Assembly: GCA_963787445.1 (NCBI GenBank)
Contig: CAWBCT010000005.1
Location: 288,001-352,000, forward strand
Length of the DNA stretch: 64,000 nt
Source: an uncultured archaeon
GTDB lineage: Archaea > Micrarchaeota > Micrarchaeia > Micrarchaeales > CABMGC01
Reading direction: 5' to 3'
The translations under genes were made by a program, and so were the position numbers. Below the pieces are notes generated by a model. It did no database searches. It was not told the DNA's origin and was given only the letters and a program-made list of their open reading frames with translations. Positions within the stretch are counted from its first letter, which is position 1. Each line of letters starts with the position of its first letter. Shown here piece after piece: positions 7,806-17,796 of this stretch.

Positions 7806-7876
7806 AGCCAGGAGAGGGAATCGAACCCCCCTTTTCCGCTCTGCAGGCGGACGCATAGCCTATCTGCCATCCTGGC
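7806..7876 (-). tRNA. tRNA-Cys(GCA)
   Basis: GCCAGGA...TCCGC CTGCAGA GCGGA...GGGGG TTCGATT CCCTC TCCTGGC T. Confidence 0.93.
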
Positions 7877-7956
7877 GTTATTGTTACTTATTAGAAGATT
7901 CAGATTAACATAACTATTTAAACATAAATATCTACACATATCTGTTGGTGACTTTT

Positions 7957-9096
7957 ATGAAGATAGCATTTGAATCAGTACCCAGTGAATTCGTCTCGGA
8001 AACCTCTTTTTATGATTACAAAGTTCCTGTAACAGAGTCTCTTGCGAGCATAAGCAAGAACGGCTCGGTGGTCGTGACAAAGGATGGCGAGTACTTCGGC
8101 GTGGTGGACAGCAGAACCGTGGGCAGGAAGGGCGTGAAGATAGGAAAGGGCTCCACGATAAGCAAGTTCGCGGTGAAGGTGCCGGTGATCGACAGCAGCA
8201 CGAGCATTGAGAAGGCGGTGTACCTGTTCTACCACTCGGGCTCGAAGGCGCTCCCGTTCTACGAAGGGAAGAAGATAACAGGAATAGTGAAGCGCGAGAC
8301 GATCCTCAAGGCTGTCCTCTCGCTGCACCTGCTTTCAGATTACAAGGTAAGGGAGATAATGTCTACGCCGATAGTTGCGGTCTCGCCGCAAACCCAGGTC
8401 ACCCAGGCGCTCTCGATAATGAACAAGGGGAACATCAACAGGCTGGTCGTCATGAACGGCGACAGGGCAGAGGGGATGGTCACCTACAGGAGCATACTCC
8501 AGGAGACAGGTGGACTTGAGAACCGTTCCGCTGACCGGAAGGACAGGGTGGGAAGGAGCCAGGAGGTGGGCCAGATCATAGAGAACGAGCCGATCTCCAT
8601 AGACCAGGACAAGGGAGTGGACGATGCCATAAGGGAGCTCGTGGAGAAGGATATCTCATGCCTTCTGGTTAGGAAGGTTGGAAAACCGATAGGAATGCTT
8701 ACCATAAGGGACCTCTTTGAGGTTGTCACAAAGGGATCGGCCGCGGGCAGCGACGAAAACATAGTCATCTCGGGCCTCGACGACTGGACAACCGAGTTCA
8801 AGGATGACATCATGGAGGAGCTCAAGAAGCTCGAGGAGAAGATCAACAGGTTCAACAAGCTCGATGTGGAGAGCATAAGCGCCAACGTCAAGAGGCACAG
8901 GGCCAAGAACTACGAGGTAAAGCTCCGCGTCTGGCTGAAGCGCCGGGGCGTCGTCTCAGCGGCATCGTCGGGCTTCACGCTCAACAAGACGCTTGATGAC
9001 ACGATCAGCAAGGTCTACAACTCCATAGTGGAGAAGAAGGAGATAGTCTACAGCGAGCAGCGGGGCTCGCGCGGGGAATACGATGATACCGAGTAG
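7957..9096 (+). CDS. Tandem CBS-domain protein with C-terminal HPF/RaiA-like domain (putative ribosome hibernation factor)
   Basis: Four CBS repeats (e.g. VREIMSTPIV, INRLVV, GMLTIRD), then IVISGLD...ELKKLEEKI...NVKRH...YEVKLRV...TLDDTISKV, an HPF-like beta-alpha-beta-beta-beta-alpha pattern. Confidence 0.7.
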   Translation: MKIAFESVPSEFVSETSFYDYKVPVTESLASISKNGSVVVTKDGEYFGVVDSRTVGRKGVKIGKGSTISKFAVKVPVIDSSTSIEKAVYLFYHSGSKALPFYEGKKITGIVKRETILKAVLSLHLLSDYKVREIMSTPIVAVSPQTQVTQALSIMNKGNINRLVVMNGDRAEGMVTYRSILQETGGLENRSADRKDRVGRSQEVGQIIENEPISIDQDKGVDDAIRELVEKDISCLLVRKVGKPIGMLTIRDLFEVVTKGSAAGSDENIVISGLDDWTTEFKDDIMEELKKLEEKINRFNKLDVESISANVKRHRAKNYEVKLRVWLKRRGVVSAASSGFTLNKTLDDTISKVYNSIVEKKEIVYSEQRGSRGEYDDTE

Positions 9097-9565
9097 CATC
9101 CGGCAGGAAAAAAGGGGCCAGTCAAGCTTCGAGCTACTGATAACGCTCTCGGTGGGGCTTGCGATCCTCCTTCCGCTGGTCATAATAGCGTTCATCCAGC
9201 TCAGCAACGCGAACATCTCGGCAACGACGATCGAGGCGCAGCAGGCGGCGAGCAAGCTCGGGAGCGTCGCGGGCATACTCGGCAGCGAGGGGGCGCTCTC
9301 AAAGCAGTTCGTCCAGATACAGGTGCCTCCGGGGGTGCAGAACATCTACATCGGGGGCCTGAACAACACGCTGGGCCACTCCATCATCTTCGTGCTGCGG
9401 GCGCCGGGCGGGCCGAGCTACGTGACCGAGTACACAACCGTGAACGTCAGCGGCAACATCGGAAGCCTGGTGAATCCCGGAACCTACCTGGTGAACCTCA
9501 CTGCGCAGGGGGCATGCCCAGCGAACACGAACTACTTCTGCGTGTACATGCTGCCGGTCATATAG
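9083..9565 (+). CDS. Class III signal-peptide pilin-like protein
   Basis: KRGQSSFELL plus hydrophobic helix. Confidence 0.78.
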   Translation: MIPSSIRQEKRGQSSFELLITLSVGLAILLPLVIIAFIQLSNANISATTIEAQQAASKLGSVAGILGSEGALSKQFVQIQVPPGVQNIYIGGLNNTLGHSIIFVLRAPGGPSYVTEYTTVNVSGNIGSLVNPGTYLVNLTAQGACPANTNYFCVYMLPVI

Positions 9566-9577
9566 CGCAGGGATGCC

Positions 9578-12500
9578 ATGAAACTCCAGATAGCGTTGGA
9601 ATTCGTAATAATGCTTGCGTTCATAACCGTGGTGTTCATCTTCCTTTTTGACGTGATAGCGACCCAGACCTCCCTCGTGATCAACCAGCAGGACTTCTCC
9701 CAGCTGCAGCTGATCGCCCAGAACATCGCGCAGCAGATAAACGTAGCCGCCAGCGCCGGCAACGGCTACTATGCCAACGTCCCACTGGTCGGGACTGTAG
9801 CCGTGCCCGTTTACAGCGTCAACATAACAAAGAACGGCGTGCTGACCGTGGGCACGCAGATCGGGTTGCAGACAACCTACGCCACGGTGTACACGAACGC
9901 CCGCAACATACTGTTCCAGGGCCCGGTGATCTCGAACTCGTTGAGCGCGAACTACATTGCCATTCAGAACTACTACGGCGCCATCTGCATCGACTACTCC
10001 TGCCCGCAGAACCAGACCCAGGTGGCGAGGTTCGGTGGGAGTGCGGGAGCCGGAATCATCAGCACCGGAGTGACCCTGATCCCCAACACCGCCACCCAGT
10101 TCTCTGTCTCGTTGTGGGTGAACCCCACGGCGAGTAGCCTGACAAGCGAGGGAATCCTGGCGGGTGAGAATACGGGCGTGGCAGTGACGGGTTATGGCGT
10201 ATTCGCTCTGGATGACGGCAGCGGGATAGTCTACTGTGGGCATGTTGGATACTCAAACGTTAATTCGGGTGCCAACACCCTAACGCCAGGAACCTGGTAT
10301 AACCTGATTTGCACCTGGTCCAGCACCGCGGCCACGTTGTACCTTAACGGCAGGGTTGTGGGCACGTCTACATTCACGCTGGGTTATCCAAACCTGCCAT
10401 TCACCATGGGGGCGGCAACGGGCCTGTCCGACTTTTTCAACGGTTCGATAGCGAATGTTCAGGTCTACAGCACCGCCCTATCTTCAACGCAGGCGTCACA
10501 GCTCTACCAGGGAGGCATTGCGAGTAGCCCAGTCAGCAACGCGATCCTCGCCGGCTGGTGGCCGCTGAACGGAAATGCGAACGACTACAGTGGCAACAAG
10601 AACAGCGGCGTTGTTCAGAACGCGTACTTCGAGCCCGCATTGCAGGCCAGCCTGGTTGGCTGGTGGCCGCTCAGCCAGAACTACGGCAGCAAGGCCTACG
10701 ACCTCAGCGGCTACAATAACACGGGATTCCTGACGAACACGGCGTGGTCCTATCCGCAATACGTTGGAAATTTCAACGGGACTAGCGGATATATTAGTGT
10801 TGCAAATAATGCGAATTTGCATTTTTCAGGACCTTTTACGGTTTCGGCGTGGGTTTACATACCGGCTTCGCAGGTGTATAACGCGATGAGCGCAGACCCC
10901 ATGATCATCGGTGACTATAATGGCGAGTGGGAGGGGTATAAATTATCTATAATCTCAGGTAGAATCCCGTATTTCGAAGTAGGTAGACTGAGTGACCATA
11001 CTGTTAGCGGGGTGTATCAACCGTCCGAACCGTTAGCATTGAATACTTGGTATTATATTGTCGGCGTTTATAATGGGACAGGACCAAGCATCTTTGTTAA
11101 CGGTGTGAAAGTTGCGGGAGCAACTTACTCGCCCATACAAGCTGAAGTTTCAGGTACGACTATTGGAAAGGCACAGTGGTATAGCTCATATTTCAATGGT
11201 TCCGTAGCAAATATTCAGTTGTACAATGCGGCCCTTACCAACAACCAAGTGTACAGCCAATATAAGGCTGGAATTTCGGGTGCCCCTATCGGTGGTGTAG
11301 GAAACGTAGCTTGGTGGCCACTTAACGGCGATGCAAAGGACTACAGCGGATACAATGACAATGGAGTGACTAATGGTGGTGCTTACTTTGCTCAACCGAA
11401 CTTGGCTTTGACCAACCCGAATACAACAACCTTCTCTGCGGGCGTTTTCAACGGTGTGAACAGCTATGTGAGCACTGGCACAAATGGTTTGCCGCTTGGC
11501 TCTGCCCCGAGGTCCGCTTTTGCCTGGATATGGATAGCTGACTCTGCAGAGCATAACGTTTTTACCTATGGAAGTCAGGCAACGTCCGGATGGGTCGCGC
11601 TTGAAATTCTGGCTTCCGGAGGCGGCCTAACCTTCAACGAATACAGCTACGCGTTTACGAGCGCGTTGGTACCCACAATAGGTGCATGGCATTTTGTGGG
11701 CTACACTTACTCTGGAGGGACTTCTGTAACACTTTATCTTGATGGCCAATCTCAAACGGGAACAATAAATACGCTAAATACGGTCTTGGGTTCAGATCCC
11801 TCAGACATAGGAAAAATATCGAATAACTACCCGGGCCCTTATTGGTTCAAGGGCCTTATCTCCAACGTCCAAATCTACAACACCTCACTATCCGCAAGCC
11901 AAACAAAGCAACTGTATAATGAAGGTATTCAGGGGCCTCCTGTGCCTGGTGCAGGATTAGTGAGCTGGTGGCCATTGACCGGAAGCGCGGCGGATTATGG
12001 ACTCCGTGGGAATAACGGCGCTGCGACTAACGTGATATACGGCTCTTACTCGCTTCCGCAGCCCGGACTGCTTCAAGGTTCTCTGGCGGGAAGCGGCGCA
12101 AACTTCAACGGTGCGAACAGCCTCATGAACCTTAAGCAACCGCAGAACGATGAACCGACCAATGCCATGACTCTATTCGCTTGGATAAAGCCCGCGTCCA
12201 CGGCAGTAGGGACAATCATCTCAAGAAATGGGCCGTTCTATCTCGCCTTCGGAAATTCCCAGATCGGTGGTTCAGATTGCGTTGGAGGAGGCGTATACAC
12301 CGGAGTCTGGACATGGCTGTGTGGAAATACCAAAATACCAATAAATACCTGGTCTCAGGTTGCTGTAACCTACAATGGCGCTAAAGAGGTTGTGTACCTA
12401 AATGGGATTGCAAACGGTGCAGTATCCGTTCCGGGTTCGACATGCGGGGGCCTATGTCCTACTGGCTCGGTTCTTTGGATTGGTTGGGGTGATCCCGGTT

Positions 12501-13591
12501 ACAACCAGTACTTCAACGGCTCGATAGCGAACGTCCAGATGTACGATACCGCGCTCTCGCCACTCCAAATATATGCACTATACAAGGGTGCGATTCTCTC
12601 GCCAAACACACCCTCGGGCAACAAGGCGATATACACGGTGCCGATAGAGCTCACAAACTCCCAAACGTCTGCGACAGGCGGCGACTTCCAGCAGATGCTT
12701 ACGGTAAACAGCCTAGCCTACCAGAACTATATAACTCCGGGCTGGACGAACGTCGAGTTCACGACCGGGCCGCAGGCGACCGGTGCCGTGTTGCAGGCGT
12801 GGGTTGAATCTAATGCAACCAACACCGCAAAAAACACGATTGTCTGGGTCAACGTCTCGGGAGGCATCCAGGCAAGCTCTAGCATCGTGATATACATGAA
12901 CATTATGGCGAACCCGGTGATGTCTGCGCAGGGCCCGACGGGAGAAGCACCTCAGCTTTCTTTGATCTATGGGCAGAACGACAACGGCGCTGGTGTCTTC
13001 AACTTTTACGATGACTTTGCCGGAAGCTCCCTAAATCCGAGGTGGTCAAGCGTTGGCTCGTTCAGTGTGAATAACGGTTTAACACTAACCTTAGGCGAAG
13101 GGGAGTACGCGGCCATTGCCCCAAACGCTGCAGGCATGATTTTGGAGTCAAACTACAAAGTCGGTGTGGTTTCAACCGACACGGATTATGAAATTGGGCT
13201 TGGCTTTGGCGGAGTGACCAGCGGATTTCAGACGAGTGGATATTCAGGATATAACTTCGGGTCGGCATCTGACAACGTTCAGGGCGAGCTGAAGTATCTT
13301 GGTGGTCAAAACGTGGTTAGCTCGTCGACCACACCGACTCCGACGAGTGGCATCACCTATAAAAGTACTTTCCAGTGGGCTGGAAGCACGCAGACAGGCA
13401 CTCTCACAACTCCGACGAATGTGTATTCGTCGTCAGGATCAGACTCGACTTACACACTCGGACAAGTGACAACGATCTATCTTATGCAGTACGGCATAGG
13501 AAGCCCGAGTACCACTACCTATTGGATTAGAGCCAGAGCCTACCCGCCCAACGGAGTGATGCCCACAACAACCTTCATCGCAAGCTCCTAG
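9578..13591 (+). CDS. Large pilin-anchored adhesin-like protein: four LamG/ConA jelly-roll domains plus C-terminal DUF2341-like domain
   Basis: KLQIALEF N-terminus; repeated FNGSIANVQxY and WWPLxG motifs; C-terminal LQAWVES...GEAPQLS...FNFYDDF. Confidence 0.82.
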   Translation: MKLQIALEFVIMLAFITVVFIFLFDVIATQTSLVINQQDFSQLQLIAQNIAQQINVAASAGNGYYANVPLVGTVAVPVYSVNITKNGVLTVGTQIGLQTTYATVYTNARNILFQGPVISNSLSANYIAIQNYYGAICIDYSCPQNQTQVARFGGSAGAGIISTGVTLIPNTATQFSVSLWVNPTASSLTSEGILAGENTGVAVTGYGVFALDDGSGIVYCGHVGYSNVNSGANTLTPGTWYNLICTWSSTAATLYLNGRVVGTSTFTLGYPNLPFTMGAATGLSDFFNGSIANVQVYSTALSSTQASQLYQGGIASSPVSNAILAGWWPLNGNANDYSGNKNSGVVQNAYFEPALQASLVGWWPLSQNYGSKAYDLSGYNNTGFLTNTAWSYPQYVGNFNGTSGYISVANNANLHFSGPFTVSAWVYIPASQVYNAMSADPMIIGDYNGEWEGYKLSIISGRIPYFEVGRLSDHTVSGVYQPSEPLALNTWYYIVGVYNGTGPSIFVNGVKVAGATYSPIQAEVSGTTIGKAQWYSSYFNGSVANIQLYNAALTNNQVYSQYKAGISGAPIGGVGNVAWWPLNGDAKDYSGYNDNGVTNGGAYFAQPNLALTNPNTTTFSAGVFNGVNSYVSTGTNGLPLGSAPRSAFAWIWIADSAEHNVFTYGSQATSGWVALEILASGGGLTFNEYSYAFTSALVPTIGAWHFVGYTYSGGTSVTLYLDGQSQTGTINTLNTVLGSDPSDIGKISNNYPGPYWFKGLISNVQIYNTSLSASQTKQLYNEGIQGPPVPGAGLVSWWPLTGSAADYGLRGNNGAATNVIYGSYSLPQPGLLQGSLAGSGANFNGANSLMNLKQPQNDEPTNAMTLFAWIKPASTAVGTIISRNGPFYLAFGNSQIGGSDCVGGGVYTGVWTWLCGNTKIPINTWSQVAVTYNGAKEVVYLNGIANGAVSVPGSTCGGLCPTGSVLWIGWGDPGYNQYFNGSIANVQMYDTALSPLQIYALYKGAILSPNTPSGNKAIYTVPIELTNSQTSATGGDFQQMLTVNSLAYQNYITPGWTNVEFTTGPQATGAVLQAWVESNATNTAKNTIVWVNVSGGIQASSSIVIYMNIMANPVMSAQGPTGEAPQLSLIYGQNDNGAGVFNFYDDFAGSSLNPRWSSVGSFSVNNGLTLTLGEGEYAAIAPNAAGMILESNYKVGVVSTDTDYEIGLGFGGVTSGFQTSGYSGYNFGSASDNVQGELKYLGGQNVVSSSTTPTPTSGITYKSTFQWAGSTQTGTLTTPTNVYSSSGSDSTYTLGQVTTIYLMQYGIGSPSTTTYWIRARAYPPNGVMPTTTFIASS

Positions 13592-13594
13592 AAT

Positions 13595-14293
13595 CTACTT
13601 CCGTGCCTGGCGCTTCTTGGGCTTCTTGTCAATCTTGGCGTAGAGCTTCTTCACTTCGTCCTCGTCGGGCCCGTCCTGCTTCTTTTTAGACATGAACATG
13701 CCGAAGACGAGGACGAAGATCGCGGCTATGAAGAGGAGCGCAGGGGCGATGCTGCCCTGGAGCGAGGTCTGGAGTCCGGAACCGGCAACCGACGAAAGAG
13801 GTATTACGGTGTAGGAGTAGCTGACGTTTACAGGAACGGCCCTGGCATTCGCGAAGAGGAAGTAGTAGGTTCCCCGTAGGAGGACGCTGGAGTTGCCGCT
13901 TGAGAACGTTGGAGGCGCAATCCCGTAGGAGGAGTAATTGGACACGTAGGGGGTGCTGCCCTTTGTTGCGTTAAGGGTCGCACTGATAAGGCCAGGTACG
14001 CTCAGGTTCTGTGAAACCCGATAGTACAGCGAACCCGCCCCCTGGGCGGTCAGGTAGTTTGCGCCGGATGAGTTGAGCAGGTAGAAGTTTATCGTGTTTG
14101 ACGAGGCGTAGGAGAGGACCAGCAGGCTGGACTGGTTAAGGGCTACCTGGCCGGAGGCGTAGCCGTTTGACGCCACTGAGACGGTGGAGCTGGAGGTGGC
14201 ATTGAACGTCGGGAGCGAAGGTGCCGATGATACCCCCCAGAGAAGCGAGGCTAGGATCATAAGCACGCCTAGCGCGAGTACTCTCCTGTCCAT
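13595..14293 (-). CDS. Hypothetical membrane-anchored protein (signal peptide, C-terminal TM plus basic tail)
   Basis: N- and C-terminal hydrophobic segments, Ser/Asn-rich middle. Confidence 0.7.
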   Translation of the reverse strand: MDRRVLALGVLMILASLLWGVSSAPSLPTFNATSSSTVSVASNGYASGQVALNQSSLLVLSYASSNTINFYLLNSSGANYLTAQGAGSLYYRVSQNLSVPGLISATLNATKGSTPYVSNYSSYGIAPPTFSSGNSSVLLRGTYYFLFANARAVPVNVSYSYTVIPLSSVAGSGLQTSLQGSIAPALLFIAAIFVLVFGMFMSKKKQDGPDEDEVKKLYAKIDKKPKKRQARK

Positions 14294-14366
14294 GCATTAT
14301 CACGAGTATACTACCATGTAAAGCATAATAAATTATACGCACACTAAAGTATGTTTGTGTGTTCCC

Positions 14367-15518
14367 ATGCCTTCCGCTAAAGAAAACCCACTGCGCAGCC
14401 TGTACAAAAAAGAGCCGCAGCTCATTAACTACGGGATAATAGCCCTCGCCCTTGTGGTAGTGGCGGTGGTGCTCACTTTCGCCCACGGGGGCGGAGCCGG
14501 GGTGGGCCAATGCAACGGGATCCTGCTTTCCTCATATCGGTACGGGTGCCTAGGCGCCCTTGCTATCTCGTCCAACAACTATACGCTGTGCAGCGGACTC
14601 CCGTCGCAGTACTCCGACGCATGCTTCACTGCAATAGCGCAGAACACGGAGAACCAGACGCTATGCAACAGGCTCTCGACTCCGCAGGGCTCTTACAATT
14701 GCGCGTACGGGATCGCCAACGAGACCGGCTCCTACTCCGCGTGCACATCCCTTTCAGGAGGATCGGAGGACAATTGCCTCACATCCATCGGCGTCGCAAA
14801 GGCAGACGTAAACGCGTGCAACGACATTACAAACGCCTCGAACTCAATGGCCTGCAGATACTCCGTAGAGTTGCGCTCGGCATTGACGGCGGGCAGCCCG
14901 ATGGGATGCATACAGGTGACCAACAGCACCAACTCCTCCCTGACCGCAAGCGTGGCAGCCTACTCCGGCATATACCAATACAGCGGCGCCTCGGGGCGGA
15001 GTTCCGGCCTCGGCGGGGCGCTCTCCTCTTTCCAGCAGTCCGCAGACTACGTGCAGTTTCTGCCCAACGTGTCCTACAGCCCGCGGGACCTCTGCTATCT
15101 TTATTTTGCATCGGCAACAGGGAACGCCACCTACTGCGGCCGCGTCCCGAATTTCACAGTTTCAAGGCTGTGCAACGAGAGCGTCGAGTCGCAGCTGGCG
15201 CAGGAGATAACGCAGTCGAACCTTGGAGGTAAAGTCGGGGTCAACTCGACCGCCCTAGGCAATCTGACCAACATATCGGCCGCAGAGTGCGCAAACCTTA
15301 CGCTGTCAAAAAGTACCTGCAACGCGCTTTCGAAGATCTACAACGCGGTCTCCACGCGAAACCAGAGCGCCTGCGCGGCCCTTGCCGGAACGTACCAGTA
15401 CCAGTGTTACTCGTCCCTGGCGAGGGCCTACCAGAACTCAACCTACTGCGGCTACATAAGCAACGCCAGCGCGAACGGCGCGTGTGTCGACGATGTATAT
15501 TACAATAATACAATTTGA
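14367..15518 (+). CDS. Cys-rich repeat surface protein
   Basis: N-terminal TM, about 20 regularly spaced Cys, many NxS/T sequons. Confidence 0.75.
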   Translation: MPSAKENPLRSLYKKEPQLINYGIIALALVVVAVVLTFAHGGGAGVGQCNGILLSSYRYGCLGALAISSNNYTLCSGLPSQYSDACFTAIAQNTENQTLCNRLSTPQGSYNCAYGIANETGSYSACTSLSGGSEDNCLTSIGVAKADVNACNDITNASNSMACRYSVELRSALTAGSPMGCIQVTNSTNSSLTASVAAYSGIYQYSGASGRSSGLGGALSSFQQSADYVQFLPNVSYSPRDLCYLYFASATGNATYCGRVPNFTVSRLCNESVESQLAQEITQSNLGGKVGVNSTALGNLTNISAAECANLTLSKSTCNALSKIYNAVSTRNQSACAALAGTYQYQCYSSLARAYQNSTYCGYISNASANGACVDDVYYNNTI

Positions 15519-15527
15519 GCGGATTGG

Positions 15528-16928
15528 ATGCATGCGGTAGTCAGTTGCATAAAGCAGGTAGGGGGAGGCAGGCGCTATTACTGCGTGGCCTCCGATGGGA
15601 GCAGCATAAGGACGCTGGAGATAGCCTGCGCGGCGGAGCTGAAGCTGGGCGACCTTGTGGATGTATTTGAGGAGGGCACCGGGAAGTACCTGGCGGAGGG
15701 CTACGCCGAGGCGGCGGAGATTCTCAGGTCTGTTGACAAACTGCTGAAGGAGACGATGAAGGTACGCCCCTACAGCTCGGGAATTGGGAATGCTGACCCG
15801 GTGATAAAGGCGATGTGGCCGCAGCTGACCCTGGGCGCCCAGCTCCTGCTGAGGAAGCTCGTGCTTGGCATCCCGATCATCGTCAGGTTCCACAACGACG
15901 CGGACGGGGCTACCGGGGCATATGCGCTGTACAAGGCGCTGCTCTCCCTGCAGCAGGGTGGAGCCGTCTCTGGAAAGCACAACATCCGCTGGCTGATGCA
16001 CAAGAGCGTGGTCTACGACACGACCGACGCAAGCTATGACATGATGGCGCTGAACGACTACTCTGCGCTGGAGAAGCCGCTGCTGACGATCATAGACTTC
16101 GGCACTTCGGAGGGGAGCAACAGGGGGATCAAGGTCCTGGAGGGCAGGCCCGAGGTGCTGTGGCTTGACCACCACCCGATAGAGCAGGGGTTCATCGGCC
16201 CCACGCTGCAGTACTACATGAACCCGTGGCAGTTTGGGGGCGACTCAAACATAACAGCGGGTTTCCTTGTGGCGGTCTTCGCAAAGACCTTCTCAAACAT
16301 CGATACGAAGGAGATAGAGAACGCCTCATTCATAGGCGATTACAGCTCCTACGCTGACAAGCGCGCGCCCGGGGCGGAGCTCTCCGCGTTTCTTGACATG
16401 GTCACTAGCGACGTCCGGATTGCGGTGGGGGGCACCTCCAAGAACATAACGCCGAGCGAGATAGACGCCATAGTCTCGGACAGGGCAAGGTACGCCGAGC
16501 TCCTCGAGTACGCAAGAGGCAAGATGGCCGAGGCGATAGAGAATGCGAAGAAGGAGATGAAATCCCATAACGCGGGCGCCGGAACCATCTACGTCTCCGA
16601 CTTCGAGACCCTGCGCGATGACAGCACGCGCTATCCGCTTCCGGGGAGGTTCTCCTCAAAGCTCCTCGAGGCGCTTAGCCTGGAGAGCAGCAAGCCCTGC
16701 GTCCTGCTGCTCCACTTTGGCTCCTTCATCTCCGTGCGGGTGGACAACCGGATCTCCGAGAGGGTGAACATACTCCAGATAATCTCAGGGCTGAAGGAGA
16801 CCCATCCGGATGAGATAGACAGCGGGGGCGGGCACAGGAGCGCGGCGAGCATAAAGCTGGTGGAGGGGACGGACAAAAAACAAGCTATAAAAGAGCTTGT
16901 TTCCATAATAAAGTCGAAGCTCGGCTAG
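15528..16928 (+). CDS. RecJ-like DHH phosphoesterase
   Basis: HNDADG, IIDFG, LDHH, SGGGH motifs. Confidence 0.85.
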   Translation: MHAVVSCIKQVGGGRRYYCVASDGSSIRTLEIACAAELKLGDLVDVFEEGTGKYLAEGYAEAAEILRSVDKLLKETMKVRPYSSGIGNADPVIKAMWPQLTLGAQLLLRKLVLGIPIIVRFHNDADGATGAYALYKALLSLQQGGAVSGKHNIRWLMHKSVVYDTTDASYDMMALNDYSALEKPLLTIIDFGTSEGSNRGIKVLEGRPEVLWLDHHPIEQGFIGPTLQYYMNPWQFGGDSNITAGFLVAVFAKTFSNIDTKEIENASFIGDYSSYADKRAPGAELSAFLDMVTSDVRIAVGGTSKNITPSEIDAIVSDRARYAELLEYARGKMAEAIENAKKEMKSHNAGAGTIYVSDFETLRDDSTRYPLPGRFSSKLLEALSLESSKPCVLLLHFGSFISVRVDNRISERVNILQIISGLKETHPDEIDSGGGHRSAASIKLVEGTDKKQAIKELVSIIKSKLG

Positions 16929-16946
16929 TCTGGTGAAAGTGATACG

Positions 16947-17786
16947 ATGAGTGAGGAAGTCGCACAGGTGAACAAGCAGAAGAGGCGCAGGAGGGAGGTC
17001 TATGTGGCAATTCTGGCCATCATAGTCATAGTCGCAGCGGCGCTCATACTTACGCAGCAGCAAAAGGTCGACATCCAGGCGGCGAGCTATGATAATCTCC
17101 TGGTGCCGAGCGGGTTGCTCGCGCAGCTCAACATCTCCAACAGCATGGCCAACCAGGTGGGCATAGGCACGGCAAACTACGAGGGACTGGTAAGGATAAG
17201 CGGGAAGAACCTGACTACGCTCAACGGGAAGCCGGAGATACTTTACCTTGGTGCAGATTACTGTCCGTTCTGTGCTGCTGAACGGTGGGGGGTGGTGATA
17301 GCCCTGATGCGCTTCGGCACCCTGACGAACCTCCACTTCATGACCTCCTCGGCAACCGACTACTCGCCCTCAACCCCGACCTTCACCTTCTACAACTCGA
17401 GCTACTCAAGCCCGTACATCTCTTTCGTGAGCGTGGAGCAGACCACGAACCAGCCGCAGGGCAACAACTATGCGCCGCTGCAGCAGCCGAACCAGTCTGA
17501 ACTCAACCTTGCCGCTGTCGGCGGCTATACGGGCAGCATCCCATTCATAATGTTTGCGAACCGGTCGGCGATAACACTCTCCAACTACGACCCGCTCACC
17601 GTGCTCGGAGGGAAGAACTGGACGACCATAGCCCAGGATCTCTACAGCCCGGGCTCGCTCCAGTCAAGCTCGATAATAGGGACCGCGAACCTGATCACGT
17701 CGCAGATCTGCAGGGCCACGAACGAGACGCCTGCGTCCGTCTGCGACCAGCCCTATGTGACGCAGATACAGAAGCTAGTGGGATAG
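16947..17786 (+). CDS. DUF929-family membrane-anchored thioredoxin-like protein
   Basis: GKPEILYLGADYCPFCAAERW...ALMRFG, TPTFTF, SIPF. Confidence 0.85.
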   Translation: MSEEVAQVNKQKRRRREVYVAILAIIVIVAAALILTQQQKVDIQAASYDNLLVPSGLLAQLNISNSMANQVGIGTANYEGLVRISGKNLTTLNGKPEILYLGADYCPFCAAERWGVVIALMRFGTLTNLHFMTSSATDYSPSTPTFTFYNSSYSSPYISFVSVEQTTNQPQGNNYAPLQQPNQSELNLAAVGGYTGSIPFIMFANRSAITLSNYDPLTVLGGKNWTTIAQDLYSPGSLQSSSIIGTANLITSQICRATNETPASVCDQPYVTQIQKLVG

Positions 17787-17796
17787 GGACGAGCGA

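Noticed and set aside
7751-7939. 62-aa minus-strand ORF
   Set aside because: Reads through tRNA-Cys; spurious.
9299-10243. 314-aa antisense ORF, and similar long ones at 15438-16175, 46816-47514 and 59528-60139
   Set aside because: Expected antisense shadows of genes with strong C/G-ending codon bias; no recognisable domains.
10436-12540. Repeats in the LamG gene as a CRISPR array or DGR template/variable repeat
   Set aside because: They are degenerate coding motifs with synonymous differences; no regular spacers, no adenine-specific mismatches, no reverse transcriptase or cas gene in the window.
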